Assembly: GCA_965112155.1 (NCBI GenBank)
Contig: OZ218098.1
Strand: one strand, 5' to 3'
DNA from: Podarcis liolepis
Lineage: Eukaryota
DNA length: 64,000 nt
In this document: positions 26,201 to 39,624 of the stretch, piece after piece
How the letters are laid out: each line of letters opens with the position of its first letter
Position numbering within the stretch: the first letter of the stretch is position 1
Position numbers and translations under genes: made by a program
The notes under the pieces: generated by a model
Database searches by the model: none
Seen by the model: only the letters and a program-made list of their open reading frames with translations
What the model was told of the DNA's origin: nothing

Positions 26201-27880
26201 GAGAGAGAGATGAAAAGGACCAGGTGAGTCCTTGGCAAATGAGGAGTTAGTGCGGAAAGGCTGCAGGAGGAGGAGAGTGAAGGGCGGTGGAATGAGAGCA
26301 CTGTTGACGGCTGCCAAAGGGAAGGGGCCGAAGGAGAAGGGTGCACATAGCAAGGACACAAAGGGCTGGCTTAAAATAAAAATTAAAACCAGGCTCCAGA
26401 GAGGGACTTTGGCTGAAAACTCCAATAAGGTATTGGCCACGTTGAATAGAGGTAGCGTAGCAGTGTGGTGAGGAGTGTCAGCTGGAGCCAAGCAGGCCAT
26501 GGCTTGAATTTCAGTGCAGGCAGTGATCTTGTTTATGTGGCCTCACAGCTCCATGGCAGGACACCTGGTTTGCATGCAGAAGGTCCTAGGTCCAGGCCCT
26601 GTCATCGCCATTGGAAAGGATCAGGGGGAAGGTAGTGGTGGAAGGGCCTCCATCTGAGACCCTGAGTCATTATCAGACATAGACAGGCTGGGTGGACAAA
26701 TAGCCTGCCCTGGTCGAAGGCAGCTTCCTATGTCTCCCTAAGCCATCATCTCTCTCCAGCTGGAGACACCACGTCACAGCAAATGATGCCAGCTGAGGCC
26801 CAAGAGTACCTTTGTTTCTGCACCTACAACGGCAGCCACCATAGCAATTTTCCCAAATCGTGATGGCCCAAGTGTTTTGTCATTCTGTGGCATTCTGGGT
26901 AAAAAGCACATGGTGGCCATCAGATAATTTTCTTCTTCTACCCCACTGTACTGCAGAACAATTGCATTGGGGGGAGGCATTGTGTTTTGGGAAAACAGGG
27001 GCTGCCTCCAGACTGTCAGTATTTTGTGGGAGGTTTTCAAGCAGGCAGATATTAGATGAAAACTCATCTCCCACCCAGCCCAAATCATGATGAAGCTTAA
27101 TTATATCACTTCAAATGTGGAATTATCAGTGTCCCTAAATGTACTTTAACTGTACAGTGCGAATGTGACCAATGTAGTCCGTGATCATGTTAGCTGTTGG
27201 TCTTTCCTTTCTGCTGCCCCTTCCTTCTGCCGATAAACAAGAAATTCTGGGACTGGGAGTCCCTGGGAGAGCATTTCACACAGGCACAGATCTCTCTGTC
27301 TCTCAAATGAGAATTCCTAGTTTAACTGCACAAGCACACACTCGGTTCTAAAGAAGAGATGGGGCCATGACTCGCTGTTCAGAATATTGCTTGTTTTGCT
27401 CAAGCACTGCTTTTGATTGGCTCCAGTAAAAACCCCAAAAGATCTGGACAGTAGGTGCACAGCTACAGGGAAGTCAGCTTGCACAAACATTGCCAAGCGT
27501 TATCTACAATTTAGCTTCAGCTTCCCGGCAACCTGGGCTGGGGTCCCCTGGATCTCTGATCCCCAATAAAGTGCTTCTTTCCTCCTCATGCTTGGATCCT
27601 GCCTCTGGGTTGAAAATGGGGTGGGGTTGGTGGCATAAACAAAATGAGATGTCCATCCTCTTCTTCCTCAGACTATTACAATCCATAGCATCTGGCTGGT
27701 CATGGTTAGGAACGAAAAAGGTTCTGATCCAGAAAGGTAACTTGTACATTTTGGATAAAGGTGGTCTAATTGACATCAGCAGTAGGATTCCCTCCACCCC
27801 CAGAAGGCTCTTGTTTTATCAGTACCAACCAGACCCCTACCTAATACCGTGGGATACTCTTAGTAGAAGCCCTGGATTAG

Positions 27881-28028
27881 TATCATAGAATCATGGAAGG
27901 GATTCTCAGGGTCATTATTTGGTCCAGCCCCCTGCAATGCTGGAATCCAGCCCACAGCCATCCTTGGGTGGGCCTGAACTGCCAGCCTTCTGGTTAATAG
28001 CCAGATGCATGGACCCATTGCACCACAC
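27881..28028 (-). mobile_element. SINE with tRNA-Asn-like head and CR1-like tail
   Basis: Head TGTGGTGCAATGGGT...GGCTATTAACCAGAAGGCTGGCAGTTCAGGCCCACCCAAGGA resembles tRNA-Asn(GTT); ends in ATGATTCTATGA. Confidence 0.75.
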
Positions 28029-28607
28029 CACCTAGTTCTACATTACTACTTCTGCACTGAACAATGATTGTTCTTAAGGAAAATAGGCAGGAAAGGGCAA
28101 CTTCTAACCTTGAGCATCAGATGTAGGCAAAGTGGGGTGGTTTACCCAAGAAGTGGATGCTGAGGGCAGGGAGCAGAGGTTAGGTATTGGAGCTGTGTGT
28201 ACCTTGCGTCCTGCTCTGCACCCAAAAGCTAGCCTGGTGCCAGTGGAAGCCGGTCCATGATTAGGTCAAATGGGCAACTGCCCCCCCACCTCAGCCTGCC
28301 CTTATCGAGCTCGCACTCGCCTGCTTTTACTTGCAACCAGTCCAGGGGTCTGGCTAGCGCCATCTTCTTCCTTGGTCTTATGGTTGCCCCTTGTAGAAAT
28401 CAGCAGGTGGAGTCCAAAACAGAATTAACTGGCTCTGACTGTCATTGGCTCTAGCTCCACCTACTGCTGGCCTCCTGCATTACACCTTACCAATAGACAG
28501 CAGCCACCACTGCCTGCCTGATGCCCTGCGGTGCAGGGGAGGGTGCTGTGAGTACTGAAGTAAGATCAAGCTGCCAGTCTCGTTGGCTTGTGGTAATGAA
28601 ATGGAAT

Positions 28608-28748
28608 GGGCTACTGGAATAGCTCAACTGGTAGAACATGAGAAGCTCAGGGTTGTGGGTTTGAACCCCGTGTTGGGCAAAATCTTTCTGCACTGCAGGG
28701 GATTGAAAAAGATGACACTTCCAGTTCTATGATTCTATGATTCTATGC
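28608..28748 (+). mobile_element. SINE with tRNA-Lys-like head and CR1-like tail
   Basis: TAGCTCAACTGGTAGAACATGAG...CTCAGGGTTGTGGGTTTGAACCCCGTGTTGGGC then (TTCTATGA)3. Confidence 0.8.
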
Positions 28749-31700
28749 TGCTTGCTGGGACCAGGATGTGGCAGGGCAGCAGCAGGGGTAGGCATGTCCC
28801 AAGTTGACAGCTGTGGGTCCAGGTGTGTGCACACTTATGCCTGCCACCACCATCAATCCACCTCACCTCACCCCACCTTGGTCCTGCTGAGTGGCAGCAC
28901 CGCCTCCACCTCATGCACTCCACCTCATGCAACTTGCAATTGGCAAGATGTCCGGGGCCAGTCCTGGGAGGATTGTGCATGAGGTGGGAATTGAATTGAC
29001 CCACATACTAACAGCAACAACACTTTTGCTTTTTATTGTCCCCCCTCAGACATTGTGCGCGCTTAAGTAGAGCCCTGCCGGATCAGTAGCCAACCAGATG
29101 CCTATAGGAAGCCTGCATGCAGGAACATATACATGGAGGTCAGAGCATGATGACATTGCTGGCCTCACGCCCAACATCCATGTGGCACCTTCTATGTGTC
29201 TTGGAAGTCCAGACACCTGCCTAGGGAAAGCCTATGTGCGAACAGCTGTTCACACATAGGCTCCCACGTGATCAGAGACCCTGGCTGCACAGGGTTTCTT
29301 ACGGTGTAGAACTTTCCCCGTGCAGACAGCCCATGCACGAGTATCCAGAGGGCATGGCCAGAGCCATGCAATATGTTGGGGCTGAGGCCAGCAGTGCAGT
29401 CCTGTTGCTTTCTTCCTCTGTGTGTAGGTTCTCTACACATAAAGAACACCTGAATGGGATAATTGCTAAGCAACATTGAAAGCAGGGGCATTGCTAGGCG
29501 GTATTTAAAAGATTCAGGGCACAGGCCCATGACACACATTTGCAAACAACAACAAACACCTATATGCCAAATTGTATGTACAGTACAGATGTGGATGGTG
29601 GGCGGGCGTAATCTCACCAGCCCTGGGGTCTGCAGTGTGCCCAGCTGTCCTGTAAGCAAAGTAAATTCCTTCCTCCAGTGGGAACAGAGCAGCCTTAAAT
29701 CTGCATTGCAAACCTACATTGTGTTAAGAGAAACAGCGATGGGGGGGGGTCTATAGCCCTCCAAGAGGCTGTTAGCCTACAATTCCCATTAACCCTGGGC
29801 ATTGGCTGTACTGGCTAGGACTGATGGGAATTACAGTCACAGGGTCTAGAGGACGACAGATTCCCCATCCCTGCTGTAGGTTCTTTCCCATAAGAACCAT
29901 TCATTTGTTCCTTGCACACTGCATTCAAGTTCACAAACAAATGAACATAATGTGTGGGAGCCAGAGGAGCAACAACTTTGTGGGCAGGAGTTGTCTCCCT
30001 GTGATGGAGGAAAAGGTTTCATACCCTCCATCACCAAGCACATAAGGTAACATTAGAGATGGGCCTTCCACCCTTAGGCCTAATCCGTGCGATCCTTCCC
30101 TCTTACAGGGAGGAAAGCAACATTATGCTCGGTTAGCCTCACATCATCTTATATAGTGGTGAGTGGGGAACCCTTCAGCATAAGAAAAATGGCTGACTCA
30201 ACCAGGTAAGACTGAACTCCTCTGTTTCTTCTCTGTTACCAGTAGCTGCGAAGTTGAGTGCCATCATCCCCACCCCTGGTCAGTCGGCTTCTTAAGCTGC
30301 AGCTAACTGGCTCTGAGGAATCCCTTGCCATATTGAATTTCCCAGAATGCCTTGGAGTGGACTGGTGCATTTTGAGCAGTTTAACACGGCTGGTGGCTTC
30401 CCAGACTCAGGGAAGCTCAGAGCAGAGGAAATAGGCAAGCAAGTGGGCTGAAGGGGCATCTGCCTCAACATGGGCAGATCCTACCATGGCCTTTTTAGCT
30501 TGGCATTTACCCAAGTGTTCCAGATGCTCATTCTGGACCTGTGTCTAACAAAGGAGGCCCAGGAAGAAGGTAGGCCTCCCCAGACTGTCTAAATTATACA
30601 AAGTGTGAGGATTTGAACATATTTGTTTTCTCTGCAGATGCTGAATGTGGAAGAGGGCAAGGGATGGGGTTGGTGGTAAATTTACAAGGCTCCCGTCCAC
30701 ACATTCCCTGTGAAACTTTTGGGCCATATTAGGGCCAGGGTTGTTTTTCCCCTGGCCCAGATGTATCTGTATCCATCCAGGTTATGACCTTCACCTCCCT
30801 GACAAAATGGGTGCCAGTGCCATCAATTTCCCAAGAGGAACAGCTGCCATGTGATTCTCTGGTGGTTTGGATGATGCTCAGAGAACACAACCCAGAGATG
30901 GCGCCAAATGTGTTTGTAACACAAATATGGGATTTTTCAGGAATGTGGGGACCCCAAGGCTGCAAAGATGGCAGGGGCCTCCCTAACACATCAACAGTAG
31001 AGTTGCCAAACCAGAAAGGGTTGTTTCTCTGCCTCTCCTGTCCTTGACGCCGACTCAGAAAAGCGAACCACACCTAGCAGTATTTCCCTTCTACGCCTCT
31101 CTTAATACTGTTAAAGGGGAAAGGGTGTTTTCTCTGTGTTTTCCAACCCAGTAAGCCCAACTTTAACCCTAAATCTGAGCAGAGATCACAGAACTGCAAT
31201 GCAAAAACAGGATGTATTGCCTCTGCACACGCCAGTCCTGGCCTATGTACTGCTGCCACCTTCCCAGTGGGCCCACTTTAACCCAAACCACCACCTTCCC
31301 CTATCTGTGACGCAAGCTGGAATCTTCGGTTGGTAAGCTTCAGCTTCTATTGCGCACCCAGCGCCACTGCAGAACCACAGATCATATTAAGTTTATGGAG
31401 GATGCTGGGAGGGAAGGATGATTCAGAAGATGGTGCCAGAAGCAACCTACGTGGCAGGGTGCCGGCAGAGTGTGAGGCATTTTTAATTTCCTGAAAGGAC
31501 TCAGCTTTCAGATGCTACGGATTGCTGTGCTCACGTAGTGGGTAGGAAGGATGTGCCTGTCTAGAGCCCCTTATCTTTGCCAGGTTTGCGTTGCAGTTAA
31601 AAACACAGCCTTTGATACTATCTGCGCCGCAAGCTGAATTCTCCTGCAAGCTTTCAAAGCACCCTAATAGGTCCTCCAGGGGTCTGCTACCTAATTTCAA

Positions 31701-32093
31701 CATCAAAATTCCACCAGCAGCCAGATTCAGAGCTGCTGGGAAGCCTTATCGCAGACATGTAAGAGAAAGCTGTGGTTATTAGGAACAACATGGAGCTGCC
31801 TTATAACAAGTCAGGCCAGTGGTCTATCTTGCTCAGTGTTGTCTACACTGATTGGCAGCAGCTCTTCGGGATTTCAGGCTGGGCTTTCCTACATGGAGAT
31901 ACCTTATGCATGCAAAGCAAGTGCAATTCCACTGAGCTACGGCCCTTCTGTAAATAGGGATTGCCGCTCTGTATGTGCTCAGAGACACTCGCTTCCTTAT
32001 GTTTAATTTGCACCCCAGCAATGACAAAAAGTATGGGGAGTGCATAGATTCTGGGGCTCCTGCTTCCAATTTAGTCCTAATAATATCTGTCTG

Positions 32094-32140
<47 letters not shown>
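32094..32140 (+). repeat. (TCTA)n microsatellite
   Basis: Directly visible. Confidence 0.97.
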
Positions 32141-32141
<1 letters not shown>

Positions 32142-32637
32142 ATAGCTGCTGCTGCTACAGCACTGCTTTGCCCAGTTCTATCCAAGGGAAAAGGCCCAGA
32201 TGCTTACCGGGTGACAAGTCTTCAACACGGCCTGCAGGAAGCCCCCATTCTTCCTGCAATGCCTCTACCTGTGGCAGAGGCTGTTCCATGCCTCTGATAC
32301 ACTTCTAAAGAGGTGCAGGGGCTCAAGCCTGCCCAAGAGCCCACAACCAGAGTGGACCCCTTGCACTTCTAATCTCAGAGGCATTCCTTGGAAACTGCTG
32401 TGTTGACTCACTCTGTGCATGGTCTGAGGTATAATTTCACCACTTCTAGGGCTGTGCTGGAAAGAGGGAGAAGCTCTAGCTGTGGTTCAACCCTCAACAG
32501 GTCTGAAGACCTGGAGCCACCCATCTCTGAGAAGAGCAGCAATCATCGATCCTTTCAGAAAGCTTCTTTCTGCCGGTGCAGAGACCAGGCAGAGCACTTT
32601 TGCCCACTGCCACCACCACCTCTGACTTTGCCCGTAC

Positions 32638-33061
32638 CTTCCATATCTGCGACAGTCACGGTGGCGCTGCTGACCGCTTCGCCATGTTCATTCTTGGCCA
32701 TGCATTTGTAGACCCCGGTGTCGGCTGCTTTGCAGCTGCAGATCCGGAGGCTGCCATACTCCTCCTCTTGGCCGTCCTGATCCTTGGTGGATGCGATGGG
32801 CACTTTCTCCTTGTACCAGCTCAGGTGCGGCTGGGGGCTGCCTGCCACCACAACCTTCAGTAGGATGCTGTGGCCGATGCTGACCGTTGTGTCCGTCAGC
32901 TCCTGCAGGAAGACCGGCGCAGCAGCAGCAGGGCTTCCCTGCTCAGTCGTCGCAACTTTGGCTCTTTTGGGAGGGATGGCAGGGCTCGGGGGGGCTCTCC
33001 CTGAGCCCCGTCCCGTCCCCCCAGCCGGATGGAGGTTGCTCTGCCCCTGAGATCTCTGCAT
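32638..33061 (-). CDS. SPEG: SPEG (striated muscle enriched protein kinase) first coding exon of the long isoform, N-terminal I-set Ig domain; 424 nt, phase 1
   Basis: MQRSQG...RAPPSPAIPPKRAKV...APVFLQEL...LKVVVAGSPQPHLSWYK...DTGVYKCMAKNEHGEA; donor AAG|GTACGG; directly downstream of DES in the same orientation, as in mammals. Confidence 0.93.
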
Positions 33062-33353
33062 GGCTCGGTGGGGCCTGCACACCCTGTCACGTCGAGTACT
33101 GCCTGGGCTTGCAGATCTAGTCCATAACAAAAGCCCCTCTTCTAGCAGGCTGGGAATCCCACCGGCCACCTGGGCCCTGGCAGCACTCCCCAAGCAGCCG
33201 TCCCCCTTGCTTGATGTTCACCCTCTGCGCGCATGTGACCTCCCACCCCCGGCTGCTGGGTACCTGCCAGGGGGCATGGACGCTGCAGCCCCAGGTGCCT
33301 GCCCACCCAGCCGGACAAAGTCCCAGAAGGTCATTCCTCTGCCGGGCAGGGGG

Positions 33354-33363
33354 TTATTTTTAG
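33354..33363 (-). promoter_or_regulatory. MEF2 consensus site in SPEG promoter region; E-box CAGCTG at 33650-33655
   Basis: CTAAAAATAA fits YTA(A/T)4TAR, ~290 nt upstream of the SPEG ATG. Confidence 0.6.
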
Positions 33364-34657
33364 GATGCTCTCAGGTTGCAGCCAGCCCATCCCAGCACTT
33401 CAAGAGAGCTGGGCTGGTTGGTGCAGGCTGAGACAGCCCTCCTGAGTTTGCTCACCAGCACTCACTTCTCCCCAACCCACAACTCCTAAAACTTTCCCTA
33501 CCTGTTAGCAAACTTGGTGCCTCCCCTATCCCAAAGGACCCCCCTATTTTTTCTTTTCTGCGGAGCCCAGGACCAATGAGTCCCCAGCCCCTATGCAGTT
33601 TCCAACATGCCCCCCCGCGTCTCCCCCTGCTCCTCCTCCTCCCAAATAGCAGCTGCCATCTGATGTGTCACATTCCTTGACCCAAGCTGAGAAGAGCAGA
33701 GCGCATGACTGGAGCGGCTTAGCTTTCCTCGCAAAGATAGACATGGGAGGATGGGGCTTTCCATATTAAGGCCTTGGGGGCTTCTCAGGCCCAGCCCTCC
33801 CTTACCTGTCCCTACTGGGGACACCTGGAAGACTGGCTGGGGAGACAATGGGAGCTTCCAGGCCCAGCCTGCTCCTTGAGCGTTTGTCCTGATTTAAGAA
33901 CAGAAACAGAGCCCGGCTGGATCAGACCAGTGACCCACCTGGTCCAACTTCCTGTTCTCACAGTGGGCGGCCAGATGCTTGTGGTGAAAGTGCAAGCAGG
34001 ATCCGAGCGCAGGAACACTTTCTCCTCCACTGTGGTCTCCAGCAACTAGCATTTGGGAACTAGTGGAGGCACAACATAGCTGCCGTGGCTGGCAGCCCTC
34101 AGTAGCGCTTTCCTCCCTGAATTTGTCTATTCTTCTTTTAAAGCCATCTAGGTTGATGGCTATCACTGGCCTTTGATCCCACACGTGTTCCAGTGCATTT
34201 CCCCCAGCCACTTTCCCTGCTGTAAAAAAAGTCCAATCTTTGGGGGAAATGGGCTTGTGGTGCAAGAGCTCCCCATTCACTCTAATGGTGCCACCTGATT
34301 ATATGGTGGGATCTCACCCTCAAAATAGTGACAATTTGGAAGTGTGCTTTCCCCATGTAGCCCAGTGGCCACAAGAATATTGGAGTACATATCTTTCAAA
34401 ACATTATCCACCCCCACTCCCCAAAATAGAAAACCCTTTGGTAACAGTTTTTTCACATCCTCTGCAGAATCCATATCTACATTTAATAACGCTTCACACT
34501 TACTTAACCATGTGTGCATAGCACTCTACTTAATCTATATAACCCACTACTATTTAGACCTAGTCATATACCCCCCAAATCACCAAAATCTTACTTTAAT
34601 AATTTATATAAATTCATTAAATCTGCTTCCAATATTTCTAAAATACATTCCAATATG

Positions 34658-34658
<1 letters not shown>

Positions 34659-34688
<30 letters not shown>

Positions 34689-34689
34689 G
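34659..34689 (+). repeat. (GTT)n microsatellite
   Basis: About 10 units; explains the poly-V and poly-Q spurious ORFs. Confidence 0.95.
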
Positions 34690-37354
34690 ATACCCCGCCC
34701 ATCCGACTGGGTTTCCCCAGCCACACTGGGTATGGGGGGGGGGGAATTCAGCTAATGTAGAGCTGCCATACACCTGGATTTTGCCATGCGTCCTGGATCA
34801 TAGGCAAGTTAATCGAAAAATTGGTGCTTTTGTAAAAAAAAAGCTCAACAATTTTTGGGGTGTCTTATTTTAACTTTTTGAAATATGGCAACCCTAGCCA
34901 ATGAGCCCCATGCAACAGGGCTTCCCACTTCTCCCCCTGCACACCCTCATGCTCCCCAAAATTGGCTGCGGGGTAGGGGGACCCCACAAACAAAGCACAG
35001 GGAGAAGAGTGAGATGATTGTTCCAGCTTGCAAGCTGCAATGCTTGCACAGAGAGAAAGTCCATCTCAGTGCAATGTTGAATTCTGCCCATTAATTCCAT
35101 AGATTGCGCTTCCCTGTATATTGATTTTTTTATTGCACAATGTTATAACATAACATAACAACATAACATAACATCAATAATATGGTTTTTATCAATCTAT
35201 AATGAGCCTCCCAGTGAATTAAGTTGAAATACTAATGAACTATCTCACTGAAAACATACTATATAAACAGTACAATTTATCATTCACATTGTCTTTAAAC
35301 TCTTATTTGATATTGTAAGGGATATCACTGAAATATTCCAAAAGCTGTCTGTAAAGTTATTCAAAATCCAAGAACAATGATGTAAGAGTGCCTGGATGAT
35401 GGGTGTACACAGGGTGTTAGAGTTTTGTAACAGATTAGTACAGAAGAAGAAAGTGAATGCAGAACAAAATTAGATGCTAGGTACGGTCTTCCTTTTCTTA
35501 GATAGGGTTCCTACTTCTTCACACTAGAAGTTTAAACAGTAACACATATTGTCCTTGCAAAATTGTATTTTAGTTGGCTGCGGCTGACAATTTTTTGTCA
35601 AAGCTCAGTATGTTTTAAGAGTTAAACCTCTGCCGTCAGAAATAAGTACTATTGGGTTCCTTACTCCTAGGAAACTGCATTTGAGTGCAACCATGCTGAT
35701 CCTAATAAACTGAGCATCATGCTGTGTACTGCTGCTCTTTGTGGTGTGTGTGTGATTATATACACCTATAATAACTGATCAACACATCTCTCTGCCTTTT
35801 GGGGTTCTTCTTGAGGATGTAGGTGGCTATGGAGGGGTCTGTCATTATCATCCTCATCATCATCATTACTGATATTGTTATTATTTATTAAACATCTATA
35901 CCACCGGTTATCCAGAAATCACAAGGTGGTTTACAAATGACTCAGGACTCTTGCACAGCACCGTTTACTACTATACCACTAAGAAAGTGGGAGGTAATAT
36001 GATCTGGTTTGTAGCAGGAGGCAGAAAGGAAGATAGCACTGGTTTTGTGTTTGTGGAGTGGGTGGGGTAGAGGAGAAATAAGAAACACAGCCAGGGAAGA
36101 TAAAAAAAAGAATTAGGAGGTGTTGGAGAAGGAATGGAGAGAACGCGCAAGTCCCCACTCGGCCATAATGCTCACCTGGGGCAGCTGTCATCTTTCAGCC
36201 TAGCTTACCTCCCTGGGTTTTTGTTCAGATTAAATTGGAGGGGGCAGAACAATGCACATCACTATGAGCTCCTTGGAGGAAGGGCATGACATAAACGTAA
36301 TGAATTAAGAGAGGGAGGCTGGTAAGAGCTGGTAAAGTTGGATGGGAAGAGAGGGGGGAGGGAGGAAGAGGAAGGTTATGGACGCACAGGCAGATGAAGC
36401 CAGATCAGAGACCTGAGAGTGCAAGAAAAAGGAGGCAGGGAGAGAGACAGAATAGGGGAGGCATAGAGCCAGATAGTGCTGGCTCAAGGATTTGGGGACA
36501 TCTGCTAAATCTGGGGAGCCCAGGGCCAAGAAAACAGGAAGGATAAACTCTGCACTGGAGGAACATTGGCAGAGTGGTAAAATCAGTGTAGGTTCCAGCT
36601 ACATGATTTGCTACAGAAGGCTCTGACAGGTGGAGGAGCCAGGAGCAGCCCACAGCCTTATGTAGGATAATTGTAAAAAACCAGCCCGAGAGAAATTGAT
36701 GGATAACAATAATCAACAATCATAAAACGCAATGAACGCAAAGGATCAAAATAAGGCCCCTCCTGCTCTGGGATTCAATCCATTGTGGAGAACTATTGCA
36801 TAGCCTGGTGCCAGGCCTGGGGAAGGGTTGAACTATGCTGCCACCTGCTGGATATCAGTTGCCTTTTTCACTGCAAAGTAGAGCGCCAGGTAGTTTAGCT
36901 GATCTCATGAAAGAAGGGGAAAGGATGTGCTGCATTGGATCAAGCAGATCCTTTGAATACATTGCACTCCTTTTGAATTAAAAGTTATTTGCTTGGGCCC
37001 CCAAAGAACCTTGTCTCTTCCAAAGAGACTTGCTGGAGGGGAGGGGTGGAATGATTTCCCATCTCTGTTCTGGGTGAAAGCCCTGCCTGCAATCTATTGA
37101 GGGCAGGAGCGAGGAACATTTATCAGCCCAAGGGCCACATTCTGACCTGGGCAACCTTCTGGGGGCCACATACCTGTGGTGGGCAGGGCCACAAGCATAG
37201 GGTGAATTTTACTTTTGTACAGTAGGCTAACAAAAACTTTAACAAGTAATAGGGAAAATTTATAAGTTACCTTGCAGAACACTGAAAACAATTAAAAACT
37301 TTGGCAGGATTGTAACAACACTTGTAATGTAACAAGAACTATGGTATGAATGGA

Positions 37355-37838
37355 AGGCAGGACAAGAGTCTCAAACAAAGATGTGCTCTCCCAAGCCCAC
37401 ATTTCCAGCATTTTCACACTTCTGTCTCAAAGACATTTATGCCGCCTTGGTCATGTCCACAGAGTGGAAGATGGCAGGATCTCCAAGGAGGTGCTTTCCG
37501 GGGAGCTGAGTTGGCAGACCAACTCTGCATTACAAAGATGTCTGCAAACATGGCATGAAGGCTGACATCATCCCTTCCGACAACCACAGCGCCTTGAGAC
37601 ACTCAGATTGTGCGTCCACAGCAGTGGTCAAAGGAGGAAGGACTGCTGGGAGGAGCACAGAAAGAAGAAATGTCCTGGTGCATCTGTAGCAGTGAAACCT
37701 TCATCTACCCTACCTGCGATAAAACATGCCTCTCCTATATTGGTCTCCACAGCAGGCACTGCAACTCTCCAGCAGTTTGACTTTACCCTTGATGGCTCAC
37801 TCTTCCATTGTCTCTTGAGACAGACGGATGCCAACAAT
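37355..37838 (+). mobile_element. Degenerate RTE-clade LINE 3' fragment
   Basis: Translates to RVSNKDVLSQAHISSIFTLLSQRHLCRLGHVHRVEDGRISKEVLSGEL, the typical RTE C-terminal motif, with later frameshifts. Confidence 0.8.
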
Positions 37839-39534
37839 AGGACCCTACCTTGTAGGCTTGTAAGGATTTCTGAGCTAATGTATGTGAAGGGCTTTGAACA
37901 CTCAGAAGGTGCTATATAATAAAGTTGTTATTGAGCCTTGTCAAGGAAATGAGCACATCTCAGGGGCTTTAAGCCTTTGAAGATGGTGTAGCAAATGAAA
38001 AGAGAGAGAGCAAGGGAAAATATAAAGATGAGTTCTATGTGGGGCCCAGGGAACCCTGGTGAAACTGAACAGTGCTTCAGAAAATGCCAAACACCCCCAC
38101 AAGAAATGCTAAGAGCAAAGCTGCCCCTCCTATTTTTTCTTAACAGAGAGCAGCTGATATTCCGCATGAGGAAAAAGAGCCTTCTGGCAAATTAGATAAA
38201 GATGATAGAAATCACGGGCTTACATGCGGGGCTAATGAGAGTTTGTGTTTGGTGGGGCTGTTATTGCACCAGCGAAGGAAGCTTAGCTAATAAAGCGATC
38301 CTATGATTGCAGGGGGTGGACTTGATGACTCTCAGGGACCCTGCCAACTCCACAATTCTCTGTTTCTGTGCAATTCTATTATGGACGAAAAACTGCCCAA
38401 TATTCTTTTTTAGCCCTGAGCAATCAACCACGTGCTGGTTCACATGATACAATTACTCTGAAAGGAAGCCACACATGCTCGTAATGAAGACACCTATGCA
38501 TAGTGTGAGGCACACAAAAGTTTGTGTCATTACCCAGTATTCTCCCATGCAGGCAGTGTGCGGAATTATAGAAGTATAAATGTGTGTGTGTGTGTTTAAT
38601 CTTATAAACAATTCTGGGAAGAATGACAAATCTTCTCTTACAGAAAAGCAGCAGCATAAAAGATCAATGTGCCTAAGGGTGTCGCCAGATGGACCTTTTA
38701 TAGCCTTTCTCTGTGGTTCATTCCTTTTGTTTACAGGGAATCCACAGAACATCAGCCCTTCCCGACAAGCTGTTTATTGAGCGTTCGTTCTGATTTGCTT
38801 GCAGGTATATTAGAAAATGTTAGCTATTTAATTAGCATTCACTCTGATTTGTTTGTGGGGAGGTTAATTGACTGCAGACAAAGAAGGGTCATCGCTCAGC
38901 GGTGGATCTTCTGCTTTGCATCCCTGGCTCAATCTCTACCCATCTCAAGTAGGGCTGGGGAAAACTCCTTGCCTGAACCCCTAGAGAGCCAGTGCCATCT
39001 TAACGGATGCTAGTGAAAATCCCCAGAGTGTGGGGCAGTTCATTCATGGAAAGCTGGCATACTCAGAGAACAAAAGAGAGCAGGGAAGGCAAATATCAAG
39101 TGTGTGAACTCAGAATTCTTCTTTGGGTACCAATGTGGTTGTGTAATTCACCCGACAATTGCCCGTGGTACATCTTTGTGCACAACATTGGACTGGGAGG
39201 GGAGATGTAGAATTCCTGGGTACAAAGTGGACGTTTTGTGTTTAGCAATCCAGAAGACAACACAGCTGTCAGTATATATATTAGTTCATGTACATAGCGG
39301 ACAATATTAAGTGGAGGGAAGAAAGCTTCATCAAAAGATACACCCATTTTAATAAAGAATATGAGAAATTATTAAATATTACCTGCTCAGCCCATGCAGC
39401 ATCCCAACATCTGTAGTATTTCATATAATCAAATTAATGTTGATCCAAGACATGAGAGTTATGGATACAAGGACTCTTATTGATTCAAAATCCAGGTGAT
39501 CTATTGATTTTAAAACTGTGGCTCTTCTGGCCCT

Positions 39535-39555
39535 GTGTGTGTGTGTGTGTGTTTT

Positions 39556-39621
<66 letters not shown>
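39535..39621 (+). repeat. Compound (TG)n(AG)n microsatellite
   Basis: Directly visible. Confidence 0.97.

Positions 39622-39624
<3 letters not shown>

Noticed and set aside
28608-28680. Functional tRNA genes here, at 27960-28028 and at 51841-51910
   Set aside because: Stems and anticodon loops are degraded and each runs into a CR1-like tail, so they are SINE heads.
1-32637. Shared SPEG exon 2 (recalled human DSETAEDDI...)
   Set aside because: No matching segment found by eye; it probably lies left of the window. The 130-N gap cannot be inspected.
32555-33193. ORF-track 212-aa ORF as the SPEG exon
   Set aside because: It begins at a non-ATG codon and runs past the donor at 32637; the supported coding part is 33061-32638.
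33761-33771. CCATATTAAGG as a CArG box
   Set aside because: Seven A/T bases between CC and GG, so it does not fit CC(A/T)6GG.
34330-35400. AT-rich stretches here and at ~12600-13050 as L1-like 3' remnants
   Set aside because: Too degraded to assign without a repeat-library search.
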